Assembly (NCBI RefSeq): GCF_054482525.1
Contig: NZ_CM137006.1
Reading direction: 5' to 3' (one strand)
DNA: 64,000 nt
Numbering within the stretch: position 1 is the first letter of the stretch; each line of letters starts with the position of its first letter. Positions 34,706 to 46,840 of this stretch are shown here, one piece after another. A program made the position numbers and the translations under genes. The notes beneath the pieces were generated by a model. It saw only the letters and a list, made by a program, of their open reading frames with translations. It was not told the origin of the DNA and did not search any database.

Positions 34706-35869
34706 TTAGCGGGCGGCTTCGTATATACGGCGGCTGACATCCAACGTAATGTCATGATTTTCGCCCAGTTGGGTCATGCCGTGCTCTTCCAGTTTTTTCA
34801 GCAAAGCCGGGATGGAGCTGCCGTCCAGACCGTAGTCGGAGAGGTGGGTCGGCACGCCTAATTGCTCAAAGAAATTGCGGGTTGCGGCAATCGCGGCGTC
34901 AATACGCTCATCGTCGGAACCTTCAGTGATGTTCCAGACGCGTTCAGCATATTGCAGCAGCTTAGCGCGCTTGGTATCGCGTTTTTCATTCCACAGTGCA
35001 GGCAGGACGATAGCCAGTGTTTGTGCGTGATCCAGACCGTGCATCGCAGTCAGTTCGTGGCCCAGCATATGCGTTGCCCAGTCCTGCGGTACGCCAGCGC
35101 CGATCAAACCGTTCAGCGCCTGAGTCGCCGCCCACATAACGTTGGCGCGCACATCGTAGTTTTCTGGCTCTTTCAGGGCTTTCGGACCATCTTCGATCAG
35201 CGTCAACAAAATGCCTTCTGCGAAACGGTCCTGAATTTTGGCATCAACCGGTTTGGTAACATACTGTTCCACGGTGTGCACAAAGGCATCCACTACACCG
35301 TTAGCCACCTGACGCGGCGGCAGGGTGTAGGTATAAACCGGATCGAGCACGGCAAATACCGGCTGAACATGGGCAGAATGGAATGCCTGCTTGTCGCCTG
35401 TGGTTTTACGGGAGATCACCGCGCCTGCGTTGGATTCTGAACCGGTTGCTGGCAGCGTCAGCACACAGCCCATCGGGATGGCGCTTTTAATCTCTTTACC
35501 GCCCGTTTGCAGAATGTGCCACGGATCGATATTTTCCGGATAGTTAGCCGCTGCGGCGATAAATTTGGTGCCGTCCAGTACAGAACCGCCGCCAACCGCC
35601 AGCAGGAAAGTCACTTTTTGTTCGCGAACCAGTTTCACGGCGTTCATCAGCGTTTCATAAGCCGGGTTTGGCTCAATACCGCCAAATTCCAGCACGTCCA
35701 TGCCTTTCAGGGCATCCAGAACTTGATCGAGAACGCCGGTTTTTTTCACGCTGCCGCCGCCGTAGGTAATCAATACGCGAGCATCGTGAGGAATTTGTTC
35801 GCGTAAACCAGCGATTGCGCCTTTACCAAACAGAATGCGGGTTGGGGTGTGCAGATTAAAGTTGTTCAT
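34706..35869 (-). CDS. yqhD: NADPH-dependent aldehyde reductase YqhD (iron-containing ADH)
   Basis: ORF track 34706..35893; start trimmed to [15 protein letters not shown] (387 aa). Confidence 0.9.
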   Translation of the reverse strand: MNNFNLHTPTRILFGKGAIAGLREQIPHDARVLITYGGGSVKKTGVLDQVLDALKGMDVLEFGGIEPNPAYETLMNAVKLVREQKVTFLLAVGGGSVLDGTKFIAAAANYPENIDPWHILQTGGKEIKSAIPMGCVLTLPATGSESNAGAVISRKTTGDKQAFHSAHVQPVFAVLDPVYTYTLPPRQVANGVVDAFVHTVEQYVTKPVDAKIQDRFAEGILLTLIEDGPKALKEPENYDVRANVMWAATQALNGLIGAGVPQDWATHMLGHELTAMHGLDHAQTLAIVLPALWNEKRDTKRAKLLQYAERVWNITEGSDDERIDAAIAATRNFFEQLGVPTHLSDYGLDGSSIPALLKKLEEHGMTQLGENHDITLDVSRRIYEAAR

Positions 35870-36005
35870 TACTTGCTCCCTTTGCTGGGTCAATATGAGG
35901 GCAGAGATCGGTCTGCCTGATGTTTTTCATTGTGGTCGCCAGCGCCGTACCTCTCAATGCTCATTTCTGCCAATGTCTTGCCTATTTCTCCAGAGTGCTG
36001 GAGAA

Positions 36006-36962
36006 ATGCTACAAAATTGCGCACAATCAAATTGCCGCATTATTCCTAAGAAATTACGCGATATGAAACGTGAAGAGATTTGCCGCTTGCTGGCGGATAA
36101 AGTTAATAAACTGAAAAATAAAGAAAATAGTTTGTCAGAGCTGTTGCCCGATGTGCGTTTGTTGTATGGCGAGACGCCTTTCGCACGCACACCGGTGATG
36201 TACGAGCCTGGCATCATAATTCTCTTTTCCGGACATAAAATCGGTTATATCAATGAACGCGTGTTTCGTTATGATGCCAATGAATACCTGCTGCTGACGG
36301 TGCCGTTGCCGTTTGAGTGCGAAACCTATGCCACGTCAGAGGTGCCGCTGGCAGGGTTGCGTCTCAATGTCGATATTTTGCAGTTACAGGAACTGTTGAT
36401 GGACATTGGCGAAGATGAGCATTTCCAGCCGTCGATGGCAGCCAGCGGGATTAACTCTGCCACGTTATCAGAAGAGATTTTATGCGCGGCGGAGCGGTTA
36501 CTCGACGTGATGGAGCGACCGCTGGATGCGCGTATTCTCGGCAAACAGATCATCCGCGAAATTCTGTACTACGTGCTGACCGGACCTTGCGGTGGCGCGT
36601 TACTGGCACTGGTCAGCCGCCAGACTCACTTCAGCCTGATTAGCCGCGTGCTGAAACGGATTGAGAATAAATACACCGAAAACCTGAGCGTCGAGCAACT
36701 GGCGGCAGAAGCCAACATGAGCGTATCGGCGTTCCACCATAATTTTAAGTCTGTCACCAGCACCTCGCCGTTGCAGTATTTGAAGAATTACCGTCTGCAT
36801 AAGGCGCGGATGATGATCATCCACGACGGCATGAAAGCCAGTGCGGCAGCGATGCGCGTCGGTTACGAAAGCGCATCGCAATTTAGCCGTGAGTTTAAAC
36901 GTTACTTTGGTGTGACGCCGGGGGAAGATGCGGCAAGAATGCGGGCGATGCAGGGGTATTAA
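36006..36962 (+). CDS. yqhC: AraC-family activator YqhC
   Basis: ORF track 35835..36962; start trimmed to [10 protein letters not shown] (318 aa); C-terminal AraC HTH. Confidence 0.85.
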   Translation: MLQNCAQSNCRIIPKKLRDMKREEICRLLADKVNKLKNKENSLSELLPDVRLLYGETPFARTPVMYEPGIIILFSGHKIGYINERVFRYDANEYLLLTVPLPFECETYATSEVPLAGLRLNVDILQLQELLMDIGEDEHFQPSMAASGINSATLSEEILCAAERLLDVMERPLDARILGKQIIREILYYVLTGPCGGALLALVSRQTHFSLISRVLKRIENKYTENLSVEQLAAEANMSVSAFHHNFKSVTSTSPLQYLKNYRLHKARMMIIHDGMKASAAAMRVGYESASQFSREFKRYFGVTPGEDAARMRAMQGY

Positions 36963-37001
36963 ATACGTTCCCGGTACAGCAGCCGGGAACGGGGAAAATC
37001 G

Positions 37002-37661
37002 TCAGGCGTTACAGTATTTTTTTTTAATCACCACAAACAGCGTGCCTAACAAGCCAGCGGTTAACAAGGCAATTGGCAGGATCATCAGGAACGTCATTAC
37101 CTGATCTTCATGGCGTTTAACGAACGGAATCATGCTTAAGGCATAGCCGAAACTGGTTACTACGCTGACCCACAGCAATCCGCTTAACCAGTTGAAAAAC
37201 TGGAAACGGCGGTTTGGCAGACCGGAAATTCCCGCCATGGTTGGCAGCAACGTACGGACAAATGCAAGAAAACGTCCAGCCAGCAGCGCCAGCAGACCGT
37301 GGCGGTCAAACATGCAGGTGGCGCGCTGGTGATATTTAGCAGGAAGCTGTGCCAGCCAGCCTTTCACCGTTTTGGTATTCCCTAACCAGCGCCCCTGAAT
37401 ATAACTTAACCAGCAGCCCAGACTTGCTGCGGCGGTCAGAATCGCAATCGTAGGCAGAAAATCCATAACCCCCTGGGCAATCAATGCGCCAGCCAATATC
37501 AACAAGCTGTCGCCTGGCAAAAATGAGGCGGGCAGCAGGCCGTTTTCTAAAAACAGCGTGGCAAACATGACAAAGTAAACAACGCTAACAATATGAGGAT
37601 CCGCCAGCGCGGCAAAGTCGTGTTGCCAGAGCGCAGCGATGATATCTTGAATAACAGCCAT
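37002..37661 (-). CDS. yghB: DedA-family inner membrane protein YghB
   Basis: 219-aa hydrophobic ORF recognised. Confidence 0.9.
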
Positions 37662-37800
37662 GGACTTTCCTGTGGAACAGCGTTTAAGCCTTTATCTGCC
37701 TATTGTACTCCTGAATCGTCCGGGACGCCTTGATCCCGGACGCAACAATTTAAGACTTTTCACAATAAAATGTCTGCAAAATTGTCCAAAAGTGGCAATG

Positions 37801-38988
37801 TTATACAATTCGCGCAAAACCGGCGTCCAGATCGGCAATCAGATCGTCGACATCTTCCAGACCAATATGCAGGCGAATCAAGGTCCCGCTAAAATCGATC
37901 TCGCCTTGTGGACGAATGGCGGCGATATGTTCTGGTTGATTTGCCAGGATCAACGATTCATAACCGCCCCACGAGTAGGCCATGCTGAATAAACTGAAGT
38001 TATCCAGATAGTTCACCAGCTCTTCATCATTGAGTTTTTTCTTAAGCACAAAGGAAAATAGCCCGCTGCTACCTGTAAAGTCTCGTTTCCAGAATTCGTG
38101 GCCTTTACTGCCAGGCAGAGCAGGGTGGTTAACTCGCGCTACTTGCGGATGTTCTGCCAGCCATTCAGCCACTTTCAGACTGCTTTCATGATGTTGACGC
38201 AGGCGAACACCCAAAGTGCGCAGGCCACGGCTGGTTATATAGGCGGTATCGGCATCGACCATCTGCCCCATCAGATAGGCATTCTCCCGCAGCTGCTCCC
38301 AGCAACGGGCATTGCATACGGCAGTACCAATCATCGCATCTGAATGCCCCACCAGATATTTGGTGGCTGCCTGAATGGAAACATCAATGCCAAAATCCAG
38401 CGCCTTAAACAGCACACCGGCCGCCCAGGTGTTATCGATCATAATGATGGCATCCGGCACCACACTGCGCACGGCGGCAACAATCGCCGGAACGTCGTGG
38501 ACTTCCATGGTGATGGAGCCTGGGGATTCCAGAAACACGATTTTAGTGTTTGGCTGCACATGTTTAACGATATTTGCGCCAATCAGCGGATCAAACCACG
38601 ATGTCGTTACGCCCAGTTTGCTGAGGATTTTGCTACAGAAATCCTGACTCGGTTCATAGGCGGTGTTGGTCATCAACACATGATCGCCCTGTTCGACAAA
38701 AGCAAGAATAGAATTAGCAACCGCCGCCGCCCCGCAGGGGAACAGCACGCAGCCTGCGCCACCCTCCAGTTCGCACATCGCTTGTTGTAAGGAAAAATGG
38801 GTTAACGTTCCGCGCCGTCCATAAAACAACTCGCCATTGGCGCGATTGCGCGTCGCGTGTTTTTTGGCTTCCACACTGTCAAAGACCAGCGAAGAAGCGC
38901 GCTGAATCACGCTATTTACCGCGCCGAGAGTGTATTTTTTGCTGCGTCCTGCGTTCACCAGTTGAGTATCAAGCTTTTTGTCCGCCAT
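37801..38988 (-). CDS. metC: Cystathionine beta-lyase
   Basis: ORF track 37801..39123; start trimmed to [15 protein letters not shown] (395 aa); PLP lysine motif region. Confidence 0.95.
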   Translation of the reverse strand: MADKKLDTQLVNAGRSKKYTLGAVNSVIQRASSLVFDSVEAKKHATRNRANGELFYGRRGTLTHFSLQQAMCELEGGAGCVLFPCGAAAVANSILAFVEQGDHVLMTNTAYEPSQDFCSKILSKLGVTTSWFDPLIGANIVKHVQPNTKIVFLESPGSITMEVHDVPAIVAAVRSVVPDAIIMIDNTWAAGVLFKALDFGIDVSIQAATKYLVGHSDAMIGTAVCNARCWEQLRENAYLMGQMVDADTAYITSRGLRTLGVRLRQHHESSLKVAEWLAEHPQVARVNHPALPGSKGHEFWKRDFTGSSGLFSFVLKKKLNDEELVNYLDNFSLFSMAYSWGGYESLILANQPEHIAAIRPQGEIDFSGTLIRLHIGLEDVDDLIADLDAGFARIV

Positions 38989-39239
38989 GTCGGGATTCCT
39001 GTTTTTATACGTCTGGATGTCTAAACTAGCATGAATATTCGCGGGCGCATCCTGAAGAATTGGCATAAAGCAGAAAATTTTCGCAAATGGCGTGCTGGTG
39101 ACTTTTTTACTGCGTAAACGCAAGGAAAAGAAAGCAAAGGTACGGCAGTATGCAAATAGTAATGAGAACGACTATCAATTCGACGTCGTTTTGATATTAT
39201 TATGCGCAGATTTTGTGACTTGCGTCCTGGAGATACACA

Positions 39240-39974
39240 GTGGGTAATAATTTAATGCAGACGGACCTTTCCGTCTGGGGTATGTATCAGCACGCCGATA
39301 TTGTCGTTAAGTGCGTGATGATTGGGCTTATTTTGGCCTCCGTAGTCACCTGGGCAATCTTCTTCAGTAAGAGCGTAGAGTTCTTCAATCAGAAGCGTCG
39401 CCTTAAGCGCGAGCAGCAACTGCTGGCTGAAGCGCGTTCCTTAAACCAGGCCAACGATATCGCCGCTGATTTTGGTAGCAAAAGCTTAAGCCTGCATTTG
39501 CTCAATGAAGCGCAGAATGAGCTGGAACTGTCAGAAGGCAGCGACGATAACGAAGGTATTAAAGAACGTACCAGCTTCCGTCTGGAGCGTCGGGTCGCCG
39601 CAGTAGGTCGTCAAATGGGCCGCGGTAACGGCTATCTGGCAACCATCGGCGCGATTTCGCCGTTCGTTGGTCTGTTTGGTACGGTCTGGGGCATCATGAA
39701 CAGCTTTATTGGTATCGCGCAAACGCAGACCACTAACCTGGCAGTCGTTGCGCCGGGTATCGCAGAAGCTCTGTTAGCAACGGCAATCGGCCTCGTGGCA
39801 GCGATTCCGGCGGTCGTTATCTATAACGTATTTGCACGCCAGATTGGCGGCTTTAAAGCGATGCTGGGTGATGTTGCAGCGCAGGTATTGTTGCTGCAAA
39901 GCCGTGACCTGGATCTGGAAGCCAGCGCCGCTGCGCATCCGGTTCGTGTCGCACAAAAATTACGCGCAGGATAA
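39240..39974 (+). CDS. exbB: TonB-system energiser ExbB
   Basis: 244-aa ORF recognised. Confidence 0.95.
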   Translation: MGNNLMQTDLSVWGMYQHADIVVKCVMIGLILASVVTWAIFFSKSVEFFNQKRRLKREQQLLAEARSLNQANDIAADFGSKSLSLHLLNEAQNELELSEGSDDNEGIKERTSFRLERRVAAVGRQMGRGNGYLATIGAISPFVGLFGTVWGIMNSFIGIAQTQTTNLAVVAPGIAEALLATAIGLVAAIPAVVIYNVFARQIGGFKAMLGDVAAQVLLLQSRDLDLEASAAAHPVRVAQKLRAG

Positions 39975-39980
39975 TGTCCG

Positions 39981-40406
39981 ATGGCAATGCATCTTAACGA
40001 AAACCTCGACGATAATGGCGAAATGCATGATATCAACGTGACGCCGTTTATCGACGTGATGTTGGTTCTGCTGATTATCTTTATGGTGGCGGCACCGTTA
40101 GCGACGGTAGATGTGAAGGTGAACTTGCCTGCTTCTACCAGCACGCCGCAGCCGCGCCCGGAAAAACCGGTTTATCTGTCGGTGAAGGCGGACAACTCGA
40201 TGTTTATCGGTAACGATCCGGTCACCGATGAAACAATGGTTACGGCGCTGAATGCGTTAACTGAAGGTAAGAAAGACACCACCATCTTCTTCCGTGCGGA
40301 TAAAACCGTCGATTACGAGACGTTGATGAAGGTAATGGATACGCTGCATCAGGCGGGTTATCTGAAGATAGGTCTGGTCGGCGAAGAAACCGCCAAAGCG
40401 AAATAA
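39981..40406 (+). CDS. exbD: TonB-system energiser ExbD
   Basis: 141-aa ORF recognised. Confidence 0.95.
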   Translation: MAMHLNENLDDNGEMHDINVTPFIDVMLVLLIIFMVAAPLATVDVKVNLPASTSTPQPRPEKPVYLSVKADNSMFIGNDPVTDETMVTALNALTEGKKDTTIFFRADKTVDYETLMKVMDTLHQAGYLKIGLVGEETAKAK

Positions 40407-40411
40407 AAATG

Positions 40412-40446
40412 ATGCCCGGTTGCTTTTCACAACCGGGCATTTTTTT
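40412..40446. terminator. Bidirectional rho-independent terminator (gcccggttg...caaccgggc + T-run)
   Basis: Inverted repeat plus TTTTTTT between convergent exbD and yghA. Confidence 0.75.
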
Positions 40447-41329
40447 AACCTAAATGCTCGCCGCCGCACACACCGTGCACTTCTGCGGTGACGTAGCTCG
40501 ACTCCTGACTTGCCAGATAAACATATACAGGGGCCAGTTCCGCCGGTTGCCCCGCACGCTTCATCGGCGTTTTCTGACCAAACTGCGGGATCTTATCCTG
40601 CGTCTGTCCGCCGGAAATTTGCAGTGCTGTCCAGATCGGGCCTGGCGCGACAATATTCACCCGAATACCTTTCTCCGCGACCTGTTTTGCCAGGCCTCGG
40701 CTGTAGTTCAGAATCGCCGCCTTCGTAGCCGCATAGTCCAGTAAATGCGGGCTTGGCTGGTATGCCTGGATTGACGAAGTGGTGATGATACTGGCACCTT
40801 TCGGTAGCAGGGGTATCGCTTCCTGGGTTAGCCAGAACAGCGCGAAAACGTTAATGGCAAAGGTCTTTTGAAACTGTTCGCTGGTGAGGTCTGCAATATC
40901 AGGAATGGCAACCTGTTTCCCGGCGACCAGCGCCATAATATCCAGCCCGCCTAACGCCTTGTGCGCTTCGTGAACCAGCGAACGGGCGAATTTCTCATCG
41001 CTTAAATCGCCTGGCAGCAGAACGGCTTTGCGTCCGCATTCTTCAATGATCTTTTTCACATCCTGAGCGTCTTGTTCTTCTACGGGAAGATAACTAATCG
41101 CCACGTCAGCCCCTTCACGCGCGTAAGCAATGGCGGCAGCGCGACCGATTCCGGAATCGCCCCCTGTCACCAGTGCTTTACGATCTTTCAGGCGACCGCT
41201 ACCAACATAGGTTTTCTCGCCGCAATCCGGTACCGGTGTCATCTTCGCCTGGATGCCTGGCGTCGGTTGTTTCTGTTTGGGATATTCACCAGTGTAATAC
41301 TGCGTGGTCGGGTCTTTTAAATGAGACAT
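40445..41329 (-). CDS. yghA: SDR-family oxidoreductase YghA
   Basis: 294-aa ORF with TGGDSGIG Rossmann motif. Confidence 0.9.
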   Translation of the reverse strand: MSHLKDPTTQYYTGEYPKQKQPTPGIQAKMTPVPDCGEKTYVGSGRLKDRKALVTGGDSGIGRAAAIAYAREGADVAISYLPVEEQDAQDVKKIIEECGRKAVLLPGDLSDEKFARSLVHEAHKALGGLDIMALVAGKQVAIPDIADLTSEQFQKTFAINVFALFWLTQEAIPLLPKGASIITTSSIQAYQPSPHLLDYAATKAAILNYSRGLAKQVAEKGIRVNIVAPGPIWTALQISGGQTQDKIPQFGQKTPMKRAGQPAELAPVYVYLASQESSYVTAEVHGVCGGEHLG

Positions 41330-41450
41330 CGTTTTTCTCCCTTCAGGTTCAACGTCCTTTAAGGGTAGACGCTCTCGATGCGTTGATAAGGGAACCAGGA
41401 AGATCCCTAAACCTCGGATTTATGCGACAAAGGTTTAACGGATATGTTGA

Positions 41451-42014
<564 letters not shown>

Positions 42015-42053
42015 TCTGATTCGGGCGCGGTTCTCGCGCCCGTTATTAACAGG

Positions 42054-43094
42054 TCATTTATCGGAAGACGCCTGCCACAGATTCAGCTCGCCATCGGCGA
42101 TATGCTGATCAATCTGCGCCAGCTCCTCGGTGCTAAATGTCAGATTATTCAGCGCCTGCACGTTCTCCTCAAGTTGCTCCGCGCGGCTGGCACCAATCAA
42201 TACCGACGTCACTCGCTCATCTTTCAGCAACCAGCTTAACGCCATTTGCGCCATTGATTGTCCACGCTGCTGTGCCATTTCATTCAATAAGCGCAGGCTG
42301 TTGAGGTTGGCTTCGGTGAGCATTTTCGGCGTCAGACCACGAACTTTATTCCCTTCACGATGCATCCGTGAATCTTGCGGAATGCCGTTGAGATATTTTC
42401 CGGTCAGCAATCCCTGAGCCAGAGGAGTAAAGGCAATGCAGCCCACGCCGTTATTTTGCAGGGTATCCAGCAGGCCGCTTTTATCCACCCAGCGGTTCAG
42501 TAAATTGTACGAAGGTTGATGAATTAACAGCGGAATTTTCCACTCGCGCAGTAACTCGACCATTTTTTGCGTCCGCTCTGGCGAGTAAGAGGAGATCCCG
42601 ACATACAGCGCCTTACCGCTTTGTACCGCATGAGCCAGCGCAGAGGCGGTTTCTTCCATCGGCGTATTTTCATCGACGCGATGAGAGTAAAAGATATCGA
42701 CATACTCAAGCCCCATACGCTTCAGGCTTTGGTCGAGGCTGGCGAGCAGGTATTTACGTGAACCGCCAGAGCCGTAAGGGCCGGGCCACATATCGTAGCC
42801 AGCCTTGGTAGAGATAATCAGTTCATCGCGATAAGCGGCAAAATCCTCCCGCAGCAGGCGACCAAAGTTCTCTTCTGCGCTTCCTGGAGGCGGCCCGTAA
42901 TTATTGGCTAAATCAAAGTGCGTAATGCCCAAATCAAACGCTTTACGCAGGATCGCACGCTGTGATTCCAGCGCGTTAACGTGACCGAAATTGTGCCATA
43001 AACCGAGCGATAACGCGGGCAGGCGCAAACCACTTTTTCCGCAATAGCGGTACTGCATCTGCCCGTAACGTTCGGGATTCGCTAACCAGACCAT
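42054..43094 (-). CDS. gpr: L-glyceraldehyde 3-phosphate reductase (AKR)
   Basis: 346-aa ORF recognised (yghZ). Confidence 0.9.
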   Translation of the reverse strand: MVWLANPERYGQMQYRYCGKSGLRLPALSLGLWHNFGHVNALESQRAILRKAFDLGITHFDLANNYGPPPGSAEENFGRLLREDFAAYRDELIISTKAGYDMWPGPYGSGGSRKYLLASLDQSLKRMGLEYVDIFYSHRVDENTPMEETASALAHAVQSGKALYVGISSYSPERTQKMVELLREWKIPLLIHQPSYNLLNRWVDKSGLLDTLQNNGVGCIAFTPLAQGLLTGKYLNGIPQDSRMHREGNKVRGLTPKMLTEANLNSLRLLNEMAQQRGQSMAQMALSWLLKDERVTSVLIGASRAEQLEENVQALNNLTFSTEELAQIDQHIADGELNLWQASSDK

Positions 43095-43250
43095 GACCTC
43101 TCCTTTCCACCGTTCAATTTCGAAACAATGTTTCTAGTTTAGCGATTCGCCAGCGCGTATCCCGTAGTCTGGCTCACAGAGTGACGAAAAACTGGGCAAA
43201 AACACGTGCTTATGCTTTGCTTAAAAAAACACCAGCTGAGGAGTGCAACG

Positions 43251-44138
43251 ATGCCGCGTTTAACCGCCAAAGATTTCCCACAAGAGTTGCTGGATTACTA
43301 CGACTATTACGCTCACGGGAAAATCTCGAAACGTGAGTTCCTCAACCTTGCGGCGAAGTATGCGGTGGGCGGGATGACGGCATTAGCGTTGTTTGATTTG
43401 CTCAAGCCAAATTATGCGCTGGCGACTCAGGTAGAGTTTACCGACCCGGAAATTGTTGCTGAGTACATCACGTATCCTTCGCCAAATGGTCACGGCGAGG
43501 TGCGGGGTTATCTGGTGAAGCCCGCAAAGATGAGCGGCAAAACGCCAGCCGTGGTGGTGGTGCATGAGAATCGTGGACTGAATCCGTATATCGAAGATGT
43601 GGCACGGCGAGTGGCGAAGGCGGGGTATATCGCCCTGGCTCCTGACGGCTTAAGTTCCGTTGGAGGTTATCCGGGTAATGATGATAAAGGTCGTGAGCTG
43701 CAACAGCAGGTTGATCCAACCAAACTGATGAATGATTTCTTTGCCGCAATTGAGTTTATGCAAAGCTATCCGCAAGCGACAGGCAAAGTGGGTATTACTG
43801 GATTTTGCTATGGCGGTGGCGTATCGAACGCGGCAGCGGTCGCTTACCCGGAACTGGCCTGCGCGGTGCCGTTTTATGGTCGTCAGGCACCCACTGCCGA
43901 TGTGGCGAAGATTGAAGCGCCTTTACTACTCCACTACGCGGAACTGGACACCCGAATCAACGAGGGCTGGCCTGCTTACGAGGCGGCGTTGAAAGCCAAT
44001 AATAAGGTCTATGAGGCGTATATCTATCCGGGGGTTAATCACGGATTCCATAATGATTCCACGCCCCGTTATGACAAATCTGCCGCCGATCTTGCCTGGC
44101 AAAGGACGCTGAAATGGTTCGATAAATATCTCTCCTGA
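43251..44138 (+). CDS. yghX: Dienelactone hydrolase family protein YghX (intact here)
   Basis: ORF track 43206..44138; likely start MPRLTAKDF; alpha/beta hydrolase. Confidence 0.75.
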   Translation: MPRLTAKDFPQELLDYYDYYAHGKISKREFLNLAAKYAVGGMTALALFDLLKPNYALATQVEFTDPEIVAEYITYPSPNGHGEVRGYLVKPAKMSGKTPAVVVVHENRGLNPYIEDVARRVAKAGYIALAPDGLSSVGGYPGNDDKGRELQQQVDPTKLMNDFFAAIEFMQSYPQATGKVGITGFCYGGGVSNAAAVAYPELACAVPFYGRQAPTADVAKIEAPLLLHYAELDTRINEGWPAYEAALKANNKVYEAYIYPGVNHGFHNDSTPRYDKSAADLAWQRTLKWFDKYLS

Positions 44139-44218
44139 TGGGTTTATCTCTTACAGGATTACGTCTTAAACAAGCATGAAAAAATAGCGTGCGCAAATGT
44201 CGTTCTTTGCCTAAAATA

Positions 44219-44244
44219 TCGCTATATATGACAATATATAGCGA
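44219..44244. promoter_or_regulatory. Perfect 11-bp inverted repeat tcgctatatat-gaca-atatatagcga upstream of yghW
   Basis: Seen directly; ends 13 bp before yghW start codon. Confidence 0.4.
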
Positions 44245-44256
44245 ATGAGGTGAACG

Positions 44257-44544
44257 ATGAATAACCATTTTGGTAAAGGCTTAATGGCGGGATTAAAAGC
44301 AACGCATGCCGACAGTGCGGTTAATGTGACAAAATTCTGTGCCGATTATAAACGCGGTTTTGTATTAGGCTACTCACACCGGATGTACGAAAAGACCGGA
44401 GATCGCCAGCTTAGCGCCTGGGAAGCGGGTATTCTGACGCGCCGTTATGGACTGGATAAAGAGATGGTAATGGATTTCTTTCGTGAGAATAATTCCTGTT
44501 CTACGTTGCGCTTTTTTATGGCCGGTTATCGCCTAGAAAATTGA
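44257..44544 (+). CDS. yghW: DUF2623 protein YghW
   Basis: 95-aa ORF recognised. Confidence 0.8.
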
Positions 44545-44732
44545 TCAAACATACGTATTATCTTGCTTTAATTAATTACACTAATGCTTCTTCCCTTCGT
44601 TTTAGTGCCCCGCCGCAGTATCATGATATCGATAACCATAATAAATGTGTGGTAAATGGCGCATCGATCGCATTATTGATTTTGCGATTGAGGCAAAATA
44701 TATGCCAGGTCTTCGCAACGGAATAACTATAA

Positions 44733-45851
44733 ATGACTGGAGATAACACCCTCATCCATTCTCACGGCATTAACCGTCGTGATTTCATGAAGCTTTGTGC
44801 AGCATTAGCCGCCACCATGGGGTTAAGTAGCAAAGCCGCTGCAGAGATGGCCGAATCGGTTACTAACCCGCAGCGTCCGCCAGTTATCTGGATTGGCGCG
44901 CAGGAGTGTACCGGTTGTACGGAATCTCTGCTTCGTGCAACGCATCCAACGGTAGAAAACCTCGTGCTGGAGACTATCTCTCTGGAGTATCACGAAGTGC
45001 TTTCCGCCGCCTTCGGTCATCAGGTCGAAGAGAACAAACATAACGCTCTCGAGAAGTACAAAGGGCAGTATGTGTTAGTGGTGGATGGTTCCATCCCATT
45101 AAAAGATAACGGTATTTATTGCATGGTTGCCGGTGAGCCGATTGTGGATCACATCCGCAAAGCGGCGGAAGGCGCAGCAGCCATTATCGCTATCGGTTCC
45201 TGCTCTGCGTGGGGCGGTGTTGCCGCGGCTGGGGTTAACCCAACTGGCGCGGTCAGTCTGCAAGAAGTTCTGCCAGGCAAAACTGTAATCAACATTCCTG
45301 GCTGCCCGCCGAACCCGCACAACTTTCTAGCGACCGTTGCGCACATCATCACTTACGGCAAGCCGCCGAAACTGGATGACAAAAACCGTCCGACTTTCGC
45401 CTACGGTCGTCTGATTCACGAACACTGCGAACGTCGCCCGCACTTCGATGCTGGTCGTTTTGCCAAAGAGTTCGGTGATGAAGGCCACCGCGAAGGCTGG
45501 TGCCTGTACCACCTCGGCTGTAAAGGGCCAGAAACTTACGGCAACTGCTCAACGCTGCAATTCTGCGATGTTGGCGGTGTGTGGCCGGTGGCGATTGGTC
45601 ACCCGTGCTATGGCTGTAACGAAGAAGGTATCGGCTTCCATAAAGGCATCCATCAGCTTGCCAACGTCGAAAACCAGACTCCGCGTTCACAGAAACCGGA
45701 TGTTAACGCTAAAGAAGGCGGCAACGTCTCGGCAGGCGCTATTGGTTTGCTCGGCGGTGTGGTTGGGCTGGTTGCCGGTGTCAGCGTGATGGCGGTGCGT
45801 GAACTGGGTCGTCAGCAAAAGAAAGATAACGCTGACTCACGGGGAGAATAA
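44733..45851 (+). CDS. hybO: Hydrogenase-2 small subunit (Tat signal)
   Basis: 372-aa ORF with RRDFMK twin-arginine motif and C-terminal TM anchor. Confidence 0.95.
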   Translation: MTGDNTLIHSHGINRRDFMKLCAALAATMGLSSKAAAEMAESVTNPQRPPVIWIGAQECTGCTESLLRATHPTVENLVLETISLEYHEVLSAAFGHQVEENKHNALEKYKGQYVLVVDGSIPLKDNGIYCMVAGEPIVDHIRKAAEGAAAIIAIGSCSAWGGVAAAGVNPTGAVSLQEVLPGKTVINIPGCPPNPHNFLATVAHIITYGKPPKLDDKNRPTFAYGRLIHEHCERRPHFDAGRFAKEFGDEGHREGWCLYHLGCKGPETYGNCSTLQFCDVGGVWPVAIGHPCYGCNEEGIGFHKGIHQLANVENQTPRSQKPDVNAKEGGNVSAGAIGLLGGVVGLVAGVSVMAVRELGRQQKKDNADSRGE

Positions 45852-45853
45852 CC

Positions 45854-46840
45854 GTGAACAGACGTAATTTTATTAAAGCAGCCTCCTGCGGGGCATTGCT
45901 GACGGGCGCGCTGCCGTCTGTCAGTCATGCGGCTGCTGAAAACCGCCCGCCAATTCCGGGATCGCTGGGGATGTTGTACGACTCGACCTTGTGCGTTGGC
46001 TGCCAGGCGTGCGTCACCAAGTGTCAGGATATCAATTTCCCTGAACGTAACCCGCAAGGGGAACAGACCTGGTCGAACAACGACAAACTGTCGCCGTACA
46101 CCAATAACATCATTCAGGTGTGGACCAGCGGCACAGGGGTCAACAAAGACCAGGAGGAGAACGGCTACGCGTACATTAAGAAACAGTGTATGCACTGCGT
46201 CGATCCGAACTGTGTCTCTGTGTGCCCGGTCTCTGCACTGAAAAAAGATCCGAAAACCGGCATTGTCCATTACGACAAAGATGTGTGCACCGGCTGCCGT
46301 TACTGCATGGTCGCCTGCCCATACAATGTGCCGAAGTACGACTACAACAACCCGTTTGGTGCGCTGCATAAGTGCGAGCTGTGCAACCAGAAAGGTGTGG
46401 AACGTCTCGATAAAGGCGGTCTGCCTGGCTGCGTAGAAGTGTGCCCGGCGGGCGCGGTGATTTTTGGTACGCGTGAAGAGCTGATGGCGGAGGCGAAAAA
46501 ACGTCTGGCGCTGAAGCCGGGCAGCGAATACCACTATCCGCGTCAGACGCTGAAATCTGGCGACACTTACCTGCATACGGTGCCGAAATATTATCCGCAT
46601 CTGTACGGCGAGAAAGAGGGCGGCGGTACTCAGGTTCTGGTACTGACGGGTGTGCCTTATGAAAATCTCGACCTGCCGAAACTGGACGATCTTTCTACTG
46701 GTGCGCGTTCCGAAAATATTCAACACACCTTGTATAAAGGCATGATGCTACCACTGGCTGTGCTGGCGGGCTTAACCGTGCTGGTTCGTCGCAACACTAA
46801 AAACGACCATCACGACGGAGGAGACGATCATGAGTCATGA
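45854..46840 (+). CDS. hybA: Hydrogenase-2 ferredoxin-type 4Fe-4S subunit
   Basis: 328-aa ORF with multiple CxxCxxCxxxCP clusters. Confidence 0.95.

Noticed and set aside
39124-39239. Fur box in the metC-exbB divergent promoter
   Set aside because: exbB is known to be Fur-regulated, but my by-eye match (caaatagtaatgagaacgac) was only about 9/19 to consensus, too weak to call a site.
45812-46726. 304-aa ORF antisense to hybA
   Set aside because: Opposite-strand shadow of hybA; Arg-rich low-complexity translation.
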